DNA of 64,000 nucleotides from Nemertoderma westbladi (GCA_032718475.1 JAUCBJ010009017.1:18067-82066); one strand, 5' to 3'; shown: positions 1 to 14,529, numbered from the stretch's first letter. Translations and numbers: made by a program. Notes: generated by a model from the sequence alone, not told the origin.

Positions 1-3000
1 GAAGATAAGCGAGGTGAGAAACTTATTGAAACAAATCCAAGTGGGGAAGATAAGCGAGGTGAGAAACTTATTGAAACAAATCCAACTAGGGAAGATAAGC
101 GAGGTGAGAAACTTATTGAAACAAATCCAACTGGGGAAGATAAGCGAGGTGAGAAACTTATTGAAACAAATCCAACTAGGGAAGATAAGAGAGGTGAGAA
201 ACTTATTGAAACAAATCCAAGTGGGGAAGATAAGCGAGGTGAGAAACTTATTGAAACAAATCCAACTGGGGAAGATAAGCGAGGTGAGAAACTTATTGAA
301 ACAAATCCAACTAGGGAAGATAAGCGAGGTGAGAAACTTATTGAAACAAATCCAAGTGGGGAAGATAAGCGAGGTGAGAAACTTATTGAAACAAATCCAA
401 CTAGGGAAGATAAGCGAGGTGAGAAACTTATTGAAACAAATCCAACTGGGGAAGATAAGCGAGGTGAGAAACTTATTGAAACAAATCCAACTAGGGAAGA
501 TAAGAGAGGTGAGAAACTTATTGAAACAAATCCAAGTGGGGAAGATAAGCGAGGTGAGAAACTTATTGAAACAAATCCAACTGGGGAAGATAAGCGAGGT
601 GAGAAACTTATTGAAACAAATCCAACTAGGGAAGATAAGCGAGGTGAGAAACTTATTGAAACAAATCCAACTAGGGAAGATAAGCGAGGTGAGAAACTTA
701 TTGAAACAAATCCAAGTGGGGAAGATAAGCGAGGTGAGAAACTTATTGAAACAAATCCAAGTGGGGAAGATAAGCGAGGTGAGAAACTTATTGAAACAAA
801 TCCAAGTGGGGAAGATAAGCGAGGTGAGAAACTTATTGAAACAAATCCAACTGGGGAAGATAAGCGAGGTGAGAAACTTATTGAAACAAATCCAACTGGG
901 GAAGATAAGCGAGGTGAGAAACTTATTGAATCAAATCCAAGTGGGGAAGATAAGCGAGGTGAGAAACTTATTGAATCAAATCCAAGTGGGGAAGATAAGC
1001 GAGGTGAGAAACTTATTGAAACAAATCCAAGTGGGGAAGATAAGCGAGGTGAGAAACTTATTGAAACAAATCCAAGTGGGGAAGATAAGCGAGGTGAGAA
1101 ACTTATTGAATCAAATCCAAGTGGGGAAGATAAGCGAGGTGAGAAACTTATTGAAACAAATCCAAGTGGGGAAGATAAGCGAGGTGAGAAACTTATTGAA
1201 ACAAATCCAACTGGGGAAGATAAGCGAGGTGAGAAACTTATTGAAACAAATCCAAGTGGGGAAGATAAGCGAGGTGAGAAACTTATTGAAACAAATCCAA
1301 CTGGGGAAGATAAGCGAGGTGAGAAACTTATTGGAACAAATTCAACTGGGGAAGATAAGCGAGGTGAGAAACTTATTGAAACAAATCCAAGTGGGGAAGA
1401 TAAGCGAGGTGAGAAACTTATTGAAACAAATCCAACTAGGGAAGATAAGCGAGGTGAGAAACTTATTGAAACAAATCCAACTGGGGAAGATAAGCGAGGT
1501 GAGAAACTTATTGAAACAAATCCAACTAGGGAAGATAAGAGAGGTGAGAAACTTATTGAAACAAATCCAACTAGGGAAGATAAGCGAGGTGAGAAACTTA
1601 TTGAAACAAATCCAACTGGGGAAGATAAGCGAGGTGAGAAACTTATTGAATCAAATCCAAGTGGGGAAGATAAGCGAGGTGAGAAACTTATTGAATCAAA
1701 TCCAAGTGGGGAAGATAAGCGAGGTGAGAAACTTATTGAAACAAATCCAAGTGGGGAAGATAAGCGAGGTGAGAAACTTATTGAAACAAATCCAAGTGGG
1801 GAAGATAAGCGAGGTGAGAAACTTATTGAATCAAATCCAAGTGGGGAAGATAAGCGAGGTGAGAAACTTATTGAAACAAATCCAAGTGGGGAAGATAAGC
1901 GAGGTGAGAAACTTATTGAAACAAATCCAACTGGGGAAGATAAGCGAGGTGAGAAACTTATTGAAACAAATCCAAGTGGGGAAGATAAGCGAGGTGAGAA
2001 ACTTATTGAAACAAATCCAACTGGGGAAGATAAGCGAGGTGAGAAACTTATTGGAACAAATTCAACTGGGGAAGATAAGCGAGGTGAGAAACTTATTGAA
2101 ACAAATCCAAGTGGGGAAGATAAGCGAGGTGAGAAACTTATTGAAACAAATCCAACTAGGGAAGATAAGCGAGGTGAGAAACTTATTGAAACAAATCCAA
2201 CTGGGGAAGATAAGCGAGGTGAGAAACTTATTGAAACAAATCCAACTAGGGAAGATAAGAGAGGTGAGAAACTTATTGAAACAAATCCAACTAGGGAAGA
2301 TAAGCGAGGTGAGAAACTTATTGAAACAAATCCAACTAGGGAAGATAAGAGAGGTGAGAAACTTATTGAAACAAATCCAACTAGGGAAGATAAGCGAGGT
2401 GAGAAACTTATTGAAACAAATCCAACTGGGGAAGATAAGCGAGGTGAGAAACTTATTGAAACAAATCCAACTGGGGAAGATAAGCGAGGTGAGAAACTTA
2501 TTGAAACAAATCCAACTAGGGAAGATAAGAGAGGTGAGAAACTTATTGAAACAAATCCAACTGGGGAAGATAAGCGAGGTGAGAAACTTATTGAAACAAA
2601 TCCAAATAGGGAAGATAAGCGAGGTGAGAAACTTATTGAAACAAATCCAACTGGGGAAGATAAGCGAGGTGAGAAACTTATTGAAACAAATCCAACTAGG
2701 GAAGATAAGAGAGGTGAGAAACTTATTGAAACAAATCCAACTAGGGAAGATAAGCGAGGTGAGAAACTTATTGAAACAAATCCAACTGGGGAAGATAAGC
2801 GAGGTGAGAAACTTATTGAAACAAATTCAACTGGGGAAGATAAGCGAGGTGAGAAACTTATTGAAACAAATCCAACTGGGGAAGATAAGCGAGGTGAGAA
2901 ACTTATTGAAACAAATCCAACTGGGGAAGATAAGCGAGGTGAGAAACTTATTGAAACAAATTCAACTGGGGAAGATAAGCGAGGTGAGAAACTTATTGAA

Positions 3001-3043
3001 ACAAATTCAACTAGGGAAGATAAGCGAGGTGAGAAACTTATTG
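1..3043. repeat. 45-bp tandem satellite (GAAGATAAGCGAGGTGAGAAACTTATTGAAACAAATCCAA[GTG/CTA/CTG]GG), about 67 units, running off the left edge
   Basis: Visible 45-nt periodicity; blocks 901-1620 and 1621-2340 share the same diagnostic variants (720-bp higher-order duplication). Confidence 0.97.
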
Positions 3044-3459
3044 TTATTTATAAAAAAATTGTCAGTTGGAGCGGCCGGAATGTTTTGCTGACCTGTCGTG
3101 AATTTTGCGAGTGTACAGCGCGAATCAAGCAAGTATTCCAACTAGGGCCTACCATAGGACTGTAATGATAAAGACTTTGAAATACTTTTATCGAGTACTT
3201 TCTATAACCCGTTAAGATATAGGGCCTATATTTCGTTAACTTCTTCTTCAAAGCCTCTTTAATTAACTTTTGACACTGACTCACTGCTATTCGCAGTAAG
3301 GCAATGCTCTCATATTCGTGGTATATCGTTTCTTCTGTTTGATTGACGGGATACTTAAAAATCAAAATCTTTACTAATTTACCGTAATTGAATTTTACCT
3401 CCACAACTTACCGAGATTTAATTATATATATCATCATTCCTAAATTCTTTCTGTACATC

Positions 3460-4209
3460 ATGAGTGATAACATATCACCACTGGACTCATTGAAAGATTG
3501 TGATAAAAACTCCCTTGTTAATGTTATGGTTAACATAAACAAAATTGAACCGAAAATGACTGGAACTTCCTCAATTGACGGTTCCACAAGAGAGTGGTCA
3601 CGTATGAAAGTTAAAATAGGTGATCCGACTGGATATATCTGGGCTGCTATTTGGGGTGCAAAAATAGAAGAATTCAAGTTTGAAGAGGGAGATAACATAA
3701 AGATGTTTTATGTTAAAATTAATCACTATATGCCTAATGTGGAGGTCAATTCTGTAGGAAATGCAACTAGGTTTGAGAAATGCACCGAAATAGTGAACGG
3801 AAATTTCGATTATAACATTCCTTCACCAAAAGGTTCCTCTTCTACCTCATCAACACCATTAAAGTCCCCGGGCCCAGGGACTCCATTAGTTCGAGGTTAT
3901 TCTGTCGGTGGTGGTGACAATTCAAGCTCAATGAAAGCTGATTCTAAAATGATTGATATGGAGGAGACGAATGTGAGTGGAACTAAGCGCATATATTCCG
4001 AGATGAAGGATAGGGCGAAAGATATTGTAAGGTTTACTCCAGCAGTGAGAAGAGCAGCTATGAGGAAAATTAGAAATCTAGTTCGTGAATACCAGGACCA
4101 AGATGATAATGAATATGAAACCGACGAGGAGCCTTTAGCAAAGATATTGCGTTACGGCGGAAGATCAGCTGAAGATGTTAAAAAGAACATAGACTTCGAT
4201 AATAACTAG
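3460..4209 (+). CDS. Intronless OB-fold ssDNA-binding-like protein (RPA/SSB type) with Ser/Pro-rich linker and helical/acidic C-terminus, about 249 aa
   Basis: First ATG at 3460 within ORF 3388-4209; pattern VNVMVNINKI...MKVKIGDPTGYIWAAIWG...EEGDNIKMFYVKIN resembles the OB-fold D-x-T-G...W motif; TATA-like TATATATA about 35 nt upstream. Confidence 0.65.
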   Translation: MSDNISPLDSLKDCDKNSLVNVMVNINKIEPKMTGTSSIDGSTREWSRMKVKIGDPTGYIWAAIWGAKIEEFKFEEGDNIKMFYVKINHYMPNVEVNSVGNATRFEKCTEIVNGNFDYNIPSPKGSSSTSSTPLKSPGPGTPLVRGYSVGGGDNSSSMKADSKMIDMEETNVSGTKRIYSEMKDRAKDIVRFTPAVRRAAMRKIRNLVREYQDQDDNEYETDEEPLAKILRYGGRSAEDVKKNIDFDNN

Positions 4210-5937
4210 TGAAACAGTTACGCTCATAGTGTTTCTTGTTGAAGATGAAAACTCTCAACCTCTGTTATTTGTAATATTTAGTTAACCCACAACACTGGTA
4301 TATAAATTTGAAGTAGATGTAATACTTTTAGCAACAGTAAGTCAACTCTGCAACACTAAATACATTGCAAATCTTGGAAAACTGACCGGTTTATAATTAT
4401 ACCTGAAAACTTTAAGAGTTAACAGTTTAAAAGAGATGACTATATATTTCAAATTATGTACTGTTGAATACGCGTTAGTAAATGTTCCGCAGTGGTCTCT
4501 AAATGTACTGTATACAGTACTAGAGATAAACTGTACTGGTATTTACAAAGGTGAATATCTTAGTCTATTATTGTGTGAATTAAGAACGAAAACAATCATA
4601 AAACCAATAACAATTTTTATTGATATTTTTTTATATTTAGTAAACATACAATCAAAGATTATCATCTGTTGTTTTCCTTGCAATTCTACTTTTAAAAAAT
4701 TATTCTCTTTATATGACCAAAATATATGACCTGGATTTTATGACCAAAAGGCTCTTAAAAACTGCAATTTTTGAATCCTTTTTGGGATTAATGGCACAAT
4801 TTTCAATTAATCAAATTCCGTATGTAACTTTTGTTAAGGACCCTATTTTCAACCTACGCTGTCAATCCGACAAAAGATTGTGGAGTTTAAACATTTTTCG
4901 TAAAAAAAAAGTATATTTTGAGAAAATCTAAGTAAAAGTTTTTGGTACATGTAATGAACGTACACAGTTTGTTTTTAACATTTATGGTCCTGGGGTGCAT
5001 CTAAGGATCCCATGACGGTATTTGGTTATCTTGTTACGTATTTTCATGGTTTACCTAATATCTATCGAAAGCAAATTGCTCAAAATGGATCAGGGCCATT
5101 AAGGACTAAAAGGCTCCTAAAGGCCCTTATTTGGGCATTTATTGATTAAATAGCCCTAATTTCGCCTTTATTGGATGTTTATAAATTAATATTATATGCT
5201 GTATGAAAGAATATATAAATTATTCTTGAAATTTTGAATTGTGTAAATTGTCAACTACAACCTTACGTAGGAACCCTATTTTAATTTCCAAAATAGGCAT
5301 TCGTGTAGCAAGGTCATTGATTTCCAAATATAGACAACCTTCACGTAACCGCACTTATCGTGCTGCGCGAAGGACTGAACCCTGCTAAATATTACCAAAA
5401 TCAAAATATAGTATCAAAATTAGCTTATGAATATTAATTCAATCACATTTAAGTAATAATTTCCTTTGTAATCTATATTTGGCTCTCAGCCACTTTCTCA
5501 GTTTCTGACGTGCTGCGTGAAGGCCTGTCAAGAAAATCGACTCTTCCTCACATTTTTACCGATAACTCGAGTTTGAGAAAAGATACAACAAAACGGTTTG
5601 CAGATTTGAAATCTGCATTAAATTGTGCACAAAATACAACCAGAAAAAAATTTGAAATTTTTTCGCAAGGTGGGTTTGGTTTACCCGCCCCCGTTAATTG
5701 AATATACAGTCCGGGTCTCAAAGCACATCTGTTCTTTGAGATTTTCACAAAGTGGTCTAAAAGTCATTACATTAATCTCAATGGGCACTTGAGGTTCATG
5801 TAGAAACTTTTAGTAGGGATTCACCAAGTGATTTTCCGCTTGAATGCACTGCGATACTTTGAGCTCTTTGAGAAAACCACTTCGAGAAAATAAACATTGA
5901 GGACATGCTGATTGACAGCTCACTTTGAGATACTTTT

Positions 5938-6460
5938 GCAATATAGATTGCACATAAACCCGTAGAATAGCGTTGCATTGTCTGTAAAGACGCAATATAG
6001 ATTGCACATAAACCCGTAGAATAGCCTTGCATTGTCTGTAAAGACGCATTATAGATTGCACATAAACCCGTAGAATAGCGTTACATTGTCTGTAAAGACG
6101 CAATATAGATTGCACATAAAACCGTAGAATAGCGTTGCATTGTCTGTAAAGACGCAATATAGATTGCACATAAACCCGTAGAATAGCGTTGCATTGTCTG
6201 TAAAGACGCAATATAGATTGCACATAAACCCGTAGAATAGCGTTGCATTGTCTGTAAAGACGCAATATAGATTGCACATAAACCCGTAGAATAGGGTTGC
6301 ATTGTCTGTAAAGACGCAATATAGATTGCACATAAACCCGTAGAATAGCGTTACATTGTCTGTAAAGACGCATTATAGATTGCACATAAACCCGTAGAAA
6401 AGCGTTGCATTGTCTGTAAAGACGCAATATAGATTACACATAAACCCGTAGAATAGCGTT
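5938..6460. repeat. 54-bp minisatellite, about 9.7 units, cut on the right by an LTR insertion
   Basis: Unit GCAATATAGATTGCACATAAACCCGTAGAATAGCGTTGCATTGTCTGTAAAGAC; last unit stops at GCGTT immediately before TGTAAAAGC. Confidence 0.95.
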
Positions 6461-8729
6461 TGTAAAAGCTTCTGTGGGATATAACTGGTCCTTCGCTCCG
6501 CAATCCAGTTTTCCCCCCGTGCGCTCAAATACTCTAAAACATACTGTAAACGCGTTTACGGATTTAATTAATTCCCTGGCCCTCAAAGTACCGTATAGGT
6601 GTTTTTAACGGACATAAAAGTGATTCTTCTGGATGTGTGCTTTAAGCGGACGTGGCAGGGTACAAAACCCGCAATGCGGCATTCTCTCTGTCACCATGTC
6701 AGGGGAAGGATTCCGATTACGACATCTCCCAGCTGGATGATGACGTGGAGGGAGCTCTCATTGGACACCTGGTTCCTTTGTTTCTGCCTAACGACCAATC
6801 AGGGCGATTTTCGTTTTACCTGAAGAGATACTCTCCAGATCGAGGCTAGGCGAGTCAGTATGTGTGTTACGTCGTTCCTACTGCCTTAACATCGGCTTTT
6901 GGAATGACTCTATGTTTCAGACTTTATAAGAAACATTAGTAGGCTTAGATTATAGAAAGTATAACTGTTATCGGTTCAAATCAAACTAATCAATCAAATC
7001 AAACCGGTCGAATCATATCATATTTTAACCTACCGTCTTACTGCTTTTACTGTTTGTGATTATTTGTATCAGTCTAGTTGGATGTTATTAGTTGAAGAAT
7101 ATCGATAAACAACCCAAATTTCCCAATCTTCTTGATACACTACAGGTTAGAGAGGCAGGATACATACAACAATTGCGACTTATATTATTGTGTTTGTAGT
7201 GAATTTAATGCTGTTTAATAGATACTACATGAGTCCAGTGCGTGCCTCTTTATACCTGATCAAAGTCAGCAACTGTCGGCATACCAGTAAGCAGTATTGT
7301 GAGTTACCGGTAGTGTGCGTGATTGTAACTGATAACTAAGCATCTCCTAAAGAATGCGTCTCATACTTGAATTCTAAGCCATATCGTTGTGTTTAGTATA
7401 AGTCATAGCTCTGTTTACATAGGTAGAGCGCCACGTCCTAAAGGAACTGCTAATATTTCCTGAAAGTGAATAATATTTGTCAGAGATTATATATTAGTTA
7501 TCAATCGAATAATACAGTAGGCTTCACCGCAATAAATCTAAGCATACGAATCCAGTCTCCCGGGTGTTACCATCGGGTGAATGAACGCGCATAGACTGGC
7601 TTCGACTAATGTTTTGTTTGTTTTGTATTAAACCTTTGTCATCTTCTAAAGTCAATTTATCAACTAAAGACATATAAATTTTGGCAGGTTAAACTGCTGA
7701 AGGTCTACAAAAGCGCGTACAATAACAGTTATTGATCTTATTTGCTGTAAGCAATAAGGTTGAAAAGTACCGGTCGACCGGTAAATCAGAACCGGTACTA
7801 CCGTAGGTCCGTAGGCCCAACTGCCAGAACTGGTACTGCAGTAGGCAGGTAGGTCCGTAGGCCCAACTGCCAGAACCGGTACTCCTGTAGGCCTGTAGGC
7901 CCTACTGCCTGACCCGGTACTGCTGTATAAGTACATTAGTATTATTCGATTTTGATTATTGTATACCGGTAGGTCTTGATATTAAATCGGGGACGCCTGG
8001 TTTTTATTGGGATTTTACTTAGGATTATTTCTGTCGATTTTATTTACGTGTAAGTTAATATTGAGCAGAAGACGTGTAAGTCTGCTCAGATTGTTCAGAT
8101 CATAGTAGGCTGGACTGTTGTCTGACTGTTGTTAGGCTTGAAGATTACAGCGTGTGTAGAGTGGGTCTGATAAAGTGCCAGTTAGTAAGTTGGGGCAGCT
8201 CGTAGTCGTAAGGTGAACCCCCTTCTAAGGAATAAGTCGTACTACCGTGTTAGAACGCATACTAACTAACAATTTCGGAATCTGCATATACTGTAGTTAT
8301 TTAGGCTTGATAGTAGTCCGTCAGCGTTTATCCTGTATTGTTTGTGTAGTCTGTTCAGGTACCGTAATATTATTCAGATATTTTGTAGGCTGGATTGTTG
8401 CCTAGCTGTTGTTAGATCTGAAGAATTGCCGCGTGTGTAGAGTGATTCTGATAAAGTGCCAGTTAGTAAGTTGGGGCAGCTCGTAGTCGTAAGGTGAACC
8501 CCCTTCTAAAGAATAAGTCGTACTACCGTGTTAGAACGCATACTAACTAACAGTTTCGGAATCTGCACATACTGTAGTTTATTTAGGCTTGATAGTAGTC
8601 TGTCAGCATTTGGTTTGTATTTTATTTGAGTATTCTGTACGGGTAGCGTAATATTTATTATTCAGAGTTTATGCGATTACTCGCAACATTCATTTCCCCA
8701 AGTTTATTCCTACAGTAATTGTGTTTGTT
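6461..8729 (+). mobile_element. Truncated, diverged BEL/Pao element: 5' LTR (6461-7721) plus about 1 kb of 5' leader
   Basis: Starts TGTAAAAGCTTCTGTGGGAT; LTR ends AAAAGCGCGTACA; colinear with 27918-30105 up to CCTACAGTAATTGTGTTTGTT, where similarity stops and the 24-bp array follows. Confidence 0.9.
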
Positions 8730-8771
8730 GGTATTGGTTGGTAATTGTGTTGGTAATTGGTATTGGTGAGT

Positions 8772-11700
8772 GATATGTTCGGTTATACAACCGTAGATAT
8801 GTTCGGTTATACAACCGTAGATATGTTCGGTTATACAACCGTAGATATGTTCGGTTATACAACCGTAGATATGTTCGGTTATACAACCGTAGATATGTTC
8901 GGTTATACAACCGTAGATATGTTCGGTTATACAACCGTAGATATGTTCGGTTATACAACCGTAGATATGTTCGGTTATACAACCGTAGATATGTTCGGTT
9001 ATACAACCGTAGATATGTTCGGTTATACAACCGTAGATATGTTCGGTTATACAACCGTAGGTATGTTCGGTTATACAACCGTAGATATGTTCGCTTGTAA
9101 AGCCGTAGGTATTGGTGAGTGATATGTTCGGTTATACAACCGTAGATATGTTCGGTTATACAACCGTAGATATGTTCGGTTATACAACCGTAGATATGTT
9201 CGGTTATACAACCGTAGATATGTTCGGTTATACAACCGTAGATATGTTCGGTTATACAACCGTAGATATGTTCGGTTATACAACCGTAGATATGTTCGGT
9301 TATACAACCGTAGATATGTTCGGTTATACAACCGTAGATATGTTCGGTTATACAACCGTAGATATGTTCGGTTATACAACCGTAGATATGTTCGGTTATA
9401 CAACCGTAGATATGTTCGGTTATACAACCGTAGATATGTTCGGTTATACAACCGTAGATATGTTCGGTTATACAACCGTAGATATGTTCGGTTATACAAC
9501 CGTAGATATGTTCGGTTATACAACCGTAAGTATGTTCGGTTATACAACCGTAGATATGTTTGGTTATACAACCGTAGGTATTGGTGAGTGATATGTTCGG
9601 TTATACAACCGTAGATATGTTCGGTTATACAACCGTAGATATGTTCGGTTATACAACCGTAGATATGTTTGGTTATACAACCGTAGATATGTTCGGTTAT
9701 ACAACCGTAGATATGTTCGGTTATACAACCGTAGGTATGTTCGGTTATACAACCGTAGATATGTTTGGTTATACAACCGTAGATATGTTCGGTTATACAA
9801 CCGTAGATATGTTCGGTTATACAACCGTAGGTATGTTCGGTTATACAACCGTAGATATGTTTGGTTATACAACCGTAGGTATTGGTGAGTGATATGTTCG
9901 GTTATACAACCGTAGATATGTTCGGTTATACAACCGTAGATATGTTCGGTTATACAACCGTAGATATGTTTGGTTATACAACCGTAGATATGTTCGGTTA
10001 TACAACCGTAGATATGTTCGGTTATACAACCGTAGGTATGTTCGGTTATACAACCGTAGATATGTTCGCTTGTAAAGCCGTAGGTATTGGTGAGTGATAT
10101 GTTCGGTTATACAACCGTAGATATGTTCGGTTATACAACCGTAGATATGTTCGGTTATACAACCGTAGATATGTTCGGTTATACAACCGTAGATATGTTC
10201 GGTTATACAACCGTAGATATGTTCGGTTATACAACCGTAGATATGTTCGGTTATACAACCGTAGATATGTTCGGTTATACAACCGTAGATATGTTCGGTT
10301 ATACAACCGTAGATATGTTCGGTTATACAACCGTAGATATGTTCGGTTATACAACCGTAGATATGTTCGGTTATACAACCGTAGATATGTTCGGTTATAC
10401 AACCGTAGATATGTTCGGTTATACAACCGTAGATATGTTCGGTTATACAACCGTAGATATGTTCGGTTATACAACCGTAGGTATGTTCGGTTATACAACC
10501 GTAGATATGTTCGCTTGTAAAGCCGTAGGTATTGGTGAGTGATATGTTCGGTTATACAACCGTAGATATGTTCGGTTATACAACCGTAGATATGTTCGGT
10601 TATACAACCGTAGATATGTTCGGTTATACAACCGTAGATATGTTCGGTTATACAACCGTAGATATGTTCGGTTATACAACCGTAGATATGTTCGGTTATA
10701 CAACCGTAGATATGTTCGGTTATACAACCGTAGATATGTTCGGTTATACAACCGTAGATATGTTCGGTTATACAACCGTAGATATGTTCGGTTATACAAC
10801 CGTAGATATGTTCGGTTATACAACCGTAGGTATGTTCGGTTATACAACCGTAGATATGTTCGCTTGTAAAGCCGTAGGTATTGGTGAGTGATATGTTCGG
10901 TTATACAACCGTAGATATGTTCGGTTATACAACCGTAGATATGTTCGGTTATACAACCGTAGATATGTTCGGTTATACAACCGTAGATATGTTCGGTTAT
11001 ACAACCGTAGATATGTTCGGTTATACAACCGTAGATATGTTCGGTTATACAACCGTAGATATGTTCGGTTATACAACCGTAGATATGTTCGGTTATACAA
11101 CCGTAGATATGTTCGGTTATACAACCGTAGATATGTTCGGTTATACAACCGTAGATATGTTCGGTTATACAACCGTAGATATGTTCGGTTATACAACCGT
11201 AGATATGTTCGGTTATACAACCGTAGATATGTTCGGTTATACAACCGTAGATATGTTCGGTTATACAACCGTAGATATGTTCGGTTATACAACCGTAAGT
11301 ATGTTCGGTTATACAACCGTAGATATGTTTGGTTATACAACCGTAGGTATTGGTGAGTGATATGTTCGGTTATACAACCGTAGATATGTTCGGTTATACA
11401 ACCGTAGATATGTTCGGTTATACAACCGTAGATATGTTCGGTTATACAACCGTAGATATGTTCGGTTATACAACCGTAGATATGTTCGGTTATACAACCG
11501 TAAGTATGTTCGGTTATACAACCGTAGATATGTTTGGTTATACAACCGTAGGTATTGGTGAGTGATATGTTCGGTTATACAACCGTAGATATGTTCGGTT
11601 ATACAACCGTAGATATGTTCGGTTATACAACCGTAGATATGTTCGGTTATACAACCGTAGATATGTTCGGTTATACAACCGTAGATATGTTCGGTTATAC

Positions 11701-14123
11701 AACCGTAGATATGTTCGGTTATACAACCGTAGATATGTTCGGTTATTTATACAACCGTAGATATGTTCGGTTATACAACCGTAGATATGTTCGGTTATAC
11801 AACCGTAGATATGTTCGGTTATACAACCGTAGATATGTTCGGTTATACAACCGTAGATATGTTCGGTTATACAACCGTAGATATGTTCGGTTATACAACC
11901 GTAGATATTGGTGAGTGATATGTTCGGTTATACAACCGTAGATATGTTCGGTTATACAACCGTAGATATGTTCGGTTATACAACCGTAGATATGTTCGGT
12001 TATACAACCGTAGATATGTTCGGTTATACAACCGTAGATATGTTCGGTTATACAACCGTAGATATGTTCGGTTATACAACCGTAGATATGTTCGGTTATA
12101 CAACCGTAGATATGTTCGGTTATACAACCGTAGATATGTTCGGTTATACAACCGTAGATATGTTCGGTTATACAACCGTAGATATGTTCGGTTATACAAC
12201 CGTAGATATGTTCGGTTATACAACCGTAGATATGTTCGGTTATACAACCGTAGATATGTTCGGTTATACAACCGTAGATATTGGTGAGTGATATGTTCGG
12301 TTATACAACCGTAGATATGTTCGGTTATACAACCGTAGATATTGGTGAGTGATATGTTCGGTTATACAACCGTAGATATGTTCGGTTATACAACCGTAGA
12401 TATGTTCGGTTATACAACCGTAGATATGTTCGGTTATACAACCGTAGATATGTTCGGTTATACAACCGTAGATATGTTCGGTTATACAACCGTAGATATG
12501 TTTGGTTATACAACCGTAGATATGTTCGGTTATACAACCGTAGATATGTTCGGTTATACAACCGTAGGTATGTTCGGTTATACAACCGTAGATATGTTCG
12601 CTTGTAAAGCCGTAGGTATTGGTGAGTGATATGTTCGGTTATACAACCGTAGATATGTTCGGTTATACAACCGTAGATATGTTCGGTTATACAACCGTAG
12701 ATATGTTCGGTTATACAACCGTAGATATGTTCGGTTATACAACCGTAGATATGTTCGGTTATACAACCGTAGATATGTTCGGTTATACAACCGTAGATAT
12801 GTTCGGTTATACAACCGTAGATATGTTCGGTTATACAACCGTAGATATGTTCGGTTATACAACCGTAGATATGTTCGGTTATACAACCGTAAGTATGTTC
12901 GGTTATACAACCGTAGATATGTTTGGTTATACAACCGTAGGTATTGGTGAGTGATATGTTCGGTTATACAACCGTAGATATGTTCGGTTATACAACCGTA
13001 GATATGTTCGGTTATACAACCGTAGATATGTTCGGTTATACAACCGTAGATATGTTCGGTTATACAACCGTAGATATGTTCGGTTATACAACCGTAGATA
13101 TGCTCGGTTATACAACCGTAGATATGTTCGGTTATACAACCGTAGATATGTTCGGTTATACAACCGTAGATATGTTCGGTTATACAACCGTAGATATGTT
13201 CGGTTATACAACCGTAAGTATGTTCGGTTATACAACCGTAGATATGTTTGGTTATACAACCGTAGGTATTGGTGAGTGATATGTTCGGTTATACAACCGT
13301 AGATATGTTCGGTTATACAACCGTAGATATGTTCGGTTATACAACCGTAGATATGTTCGGTTATACAACCGTAGATATGTTCGGTTATACAACCGTAAGT
13401 ATGTTCGGTTATACAACCGTAGATATGTTTGGTTATACAACCGTAGGTATTGGTGAGTGATATGTTCGGTTATACAACCGTAGATATGTTCGGTTATACA
13501 ACCGTAGATATGTTCGGTTATACAACCGTAGATATGTTCGGTTATACAACCGTAGATATGTTCGGTTATACAACCGTAGATATGTTCGGTTATACAACCG
13601 TAGATATGTTCGGTTATACAACCGTAGATATGTTCGGTTATTTATACAACCGTAGATATGTTCGGTTATACAACCGTAGATATGTTCGGTTATACAACCG
13701 TAGATATGTTCGGTTATACAACCGTAGATATGTTCGGTTATACAACCGTAGATATGTTCGGTTATACAACCGTAGATATTGGTGAGTGATATGTTCGGTT
13801 ATACAACCGTAGATATGTTCGGTTATACAACCGTAGATATGTTTGGTTATACAACCGTAGATATGTTCGGTTATACAACCGTAGATATGTTCGGTTATAC
13901 AACCGTAGGTATTGGTGAGTGATATGTTCGGTTATACAACCGTAGGTATTGGTGAGTGATATGTTCGGTTATACAACCGTAGGTATTGGTGAGTGATATG
14001 TTCGGTTATACAACCGTAGGTATTGGTGAGTGATATGTTCGGTTATACAACCGTAGGTATTGGTGAGTGATATGTTCGGTTATACAACCGTAGGTATTGG
14101 TGAGTGATATGTTCGGTTATACA
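8772..14123. repeat. 24-bp satellite GATATGTTCGGTTATACAACCGTA, about 215 units, punctuated by a recurrent GTATTGGTGAGT insert
   Basis: Visible periodicity; internal palindrome CGGTT-ATAC-AACCG; variant units recur in ordered blocks. Confidence 0.97.
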
Positions 14124-14529
14124 ATAAATATAGGCGTCGCGTAGTTGTTGTAGTACGTAGTTGTTGCTATGCGTGCTCCGCATGCTCCGCGACGCCCGAC
14201 GAACGTGTTACTTATTTTATTTTGTTATTTATGTAAATGTTTTAAGCCGGTAGGCACCTAGTTATATTGTATCTTGGTATCAGATATATAGTGGCTGAAG
14301 TTGGTCGCATGTAAAAATTGACCTCCAGCGGAAATTGGTCGCAAATAACAGCTGAATACGGGCAAAAATTCAACTGTAACCATTGCTATTCACTCTGGTT
14401 TATTGTTTTGGTTAGAATAGCCTGCTACTGTATCCAGCTCATTTCCCTAAGTTGTTAAGTAACGTTGGCGTTGATTGTATTTATTATAATTGTGGAACTT
14501 TGAAAAAAAAATTGTTTATTTTCATTTAG

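Noticed and set aside
14-3091. 1025-aa repetitive ORF
   Set aside because: A stop-free frame of a 45-bp satellite with a GTG start; no independent coding evidence
5950-5961. ACATAAACCC shared by the 54-bp array and the second 45-bp satellite
   Set aside because: Only a 10-nt match; the rest of the monomers do not align
6486-6503. TGGTCCTTCG resembling a common BEL tRNA PBS
   Set aside because: It lies inside the LTR near its 5' end and is not conserved in the other LTR copies
8710-13785. Many MFGYTTVD / YNRTYLRL ORFs and a CRISPR-like palindromic repeat
   Set aside because: Pure tandem 24-mers with no unique spacers and no cas genes, in a eukaryotic context
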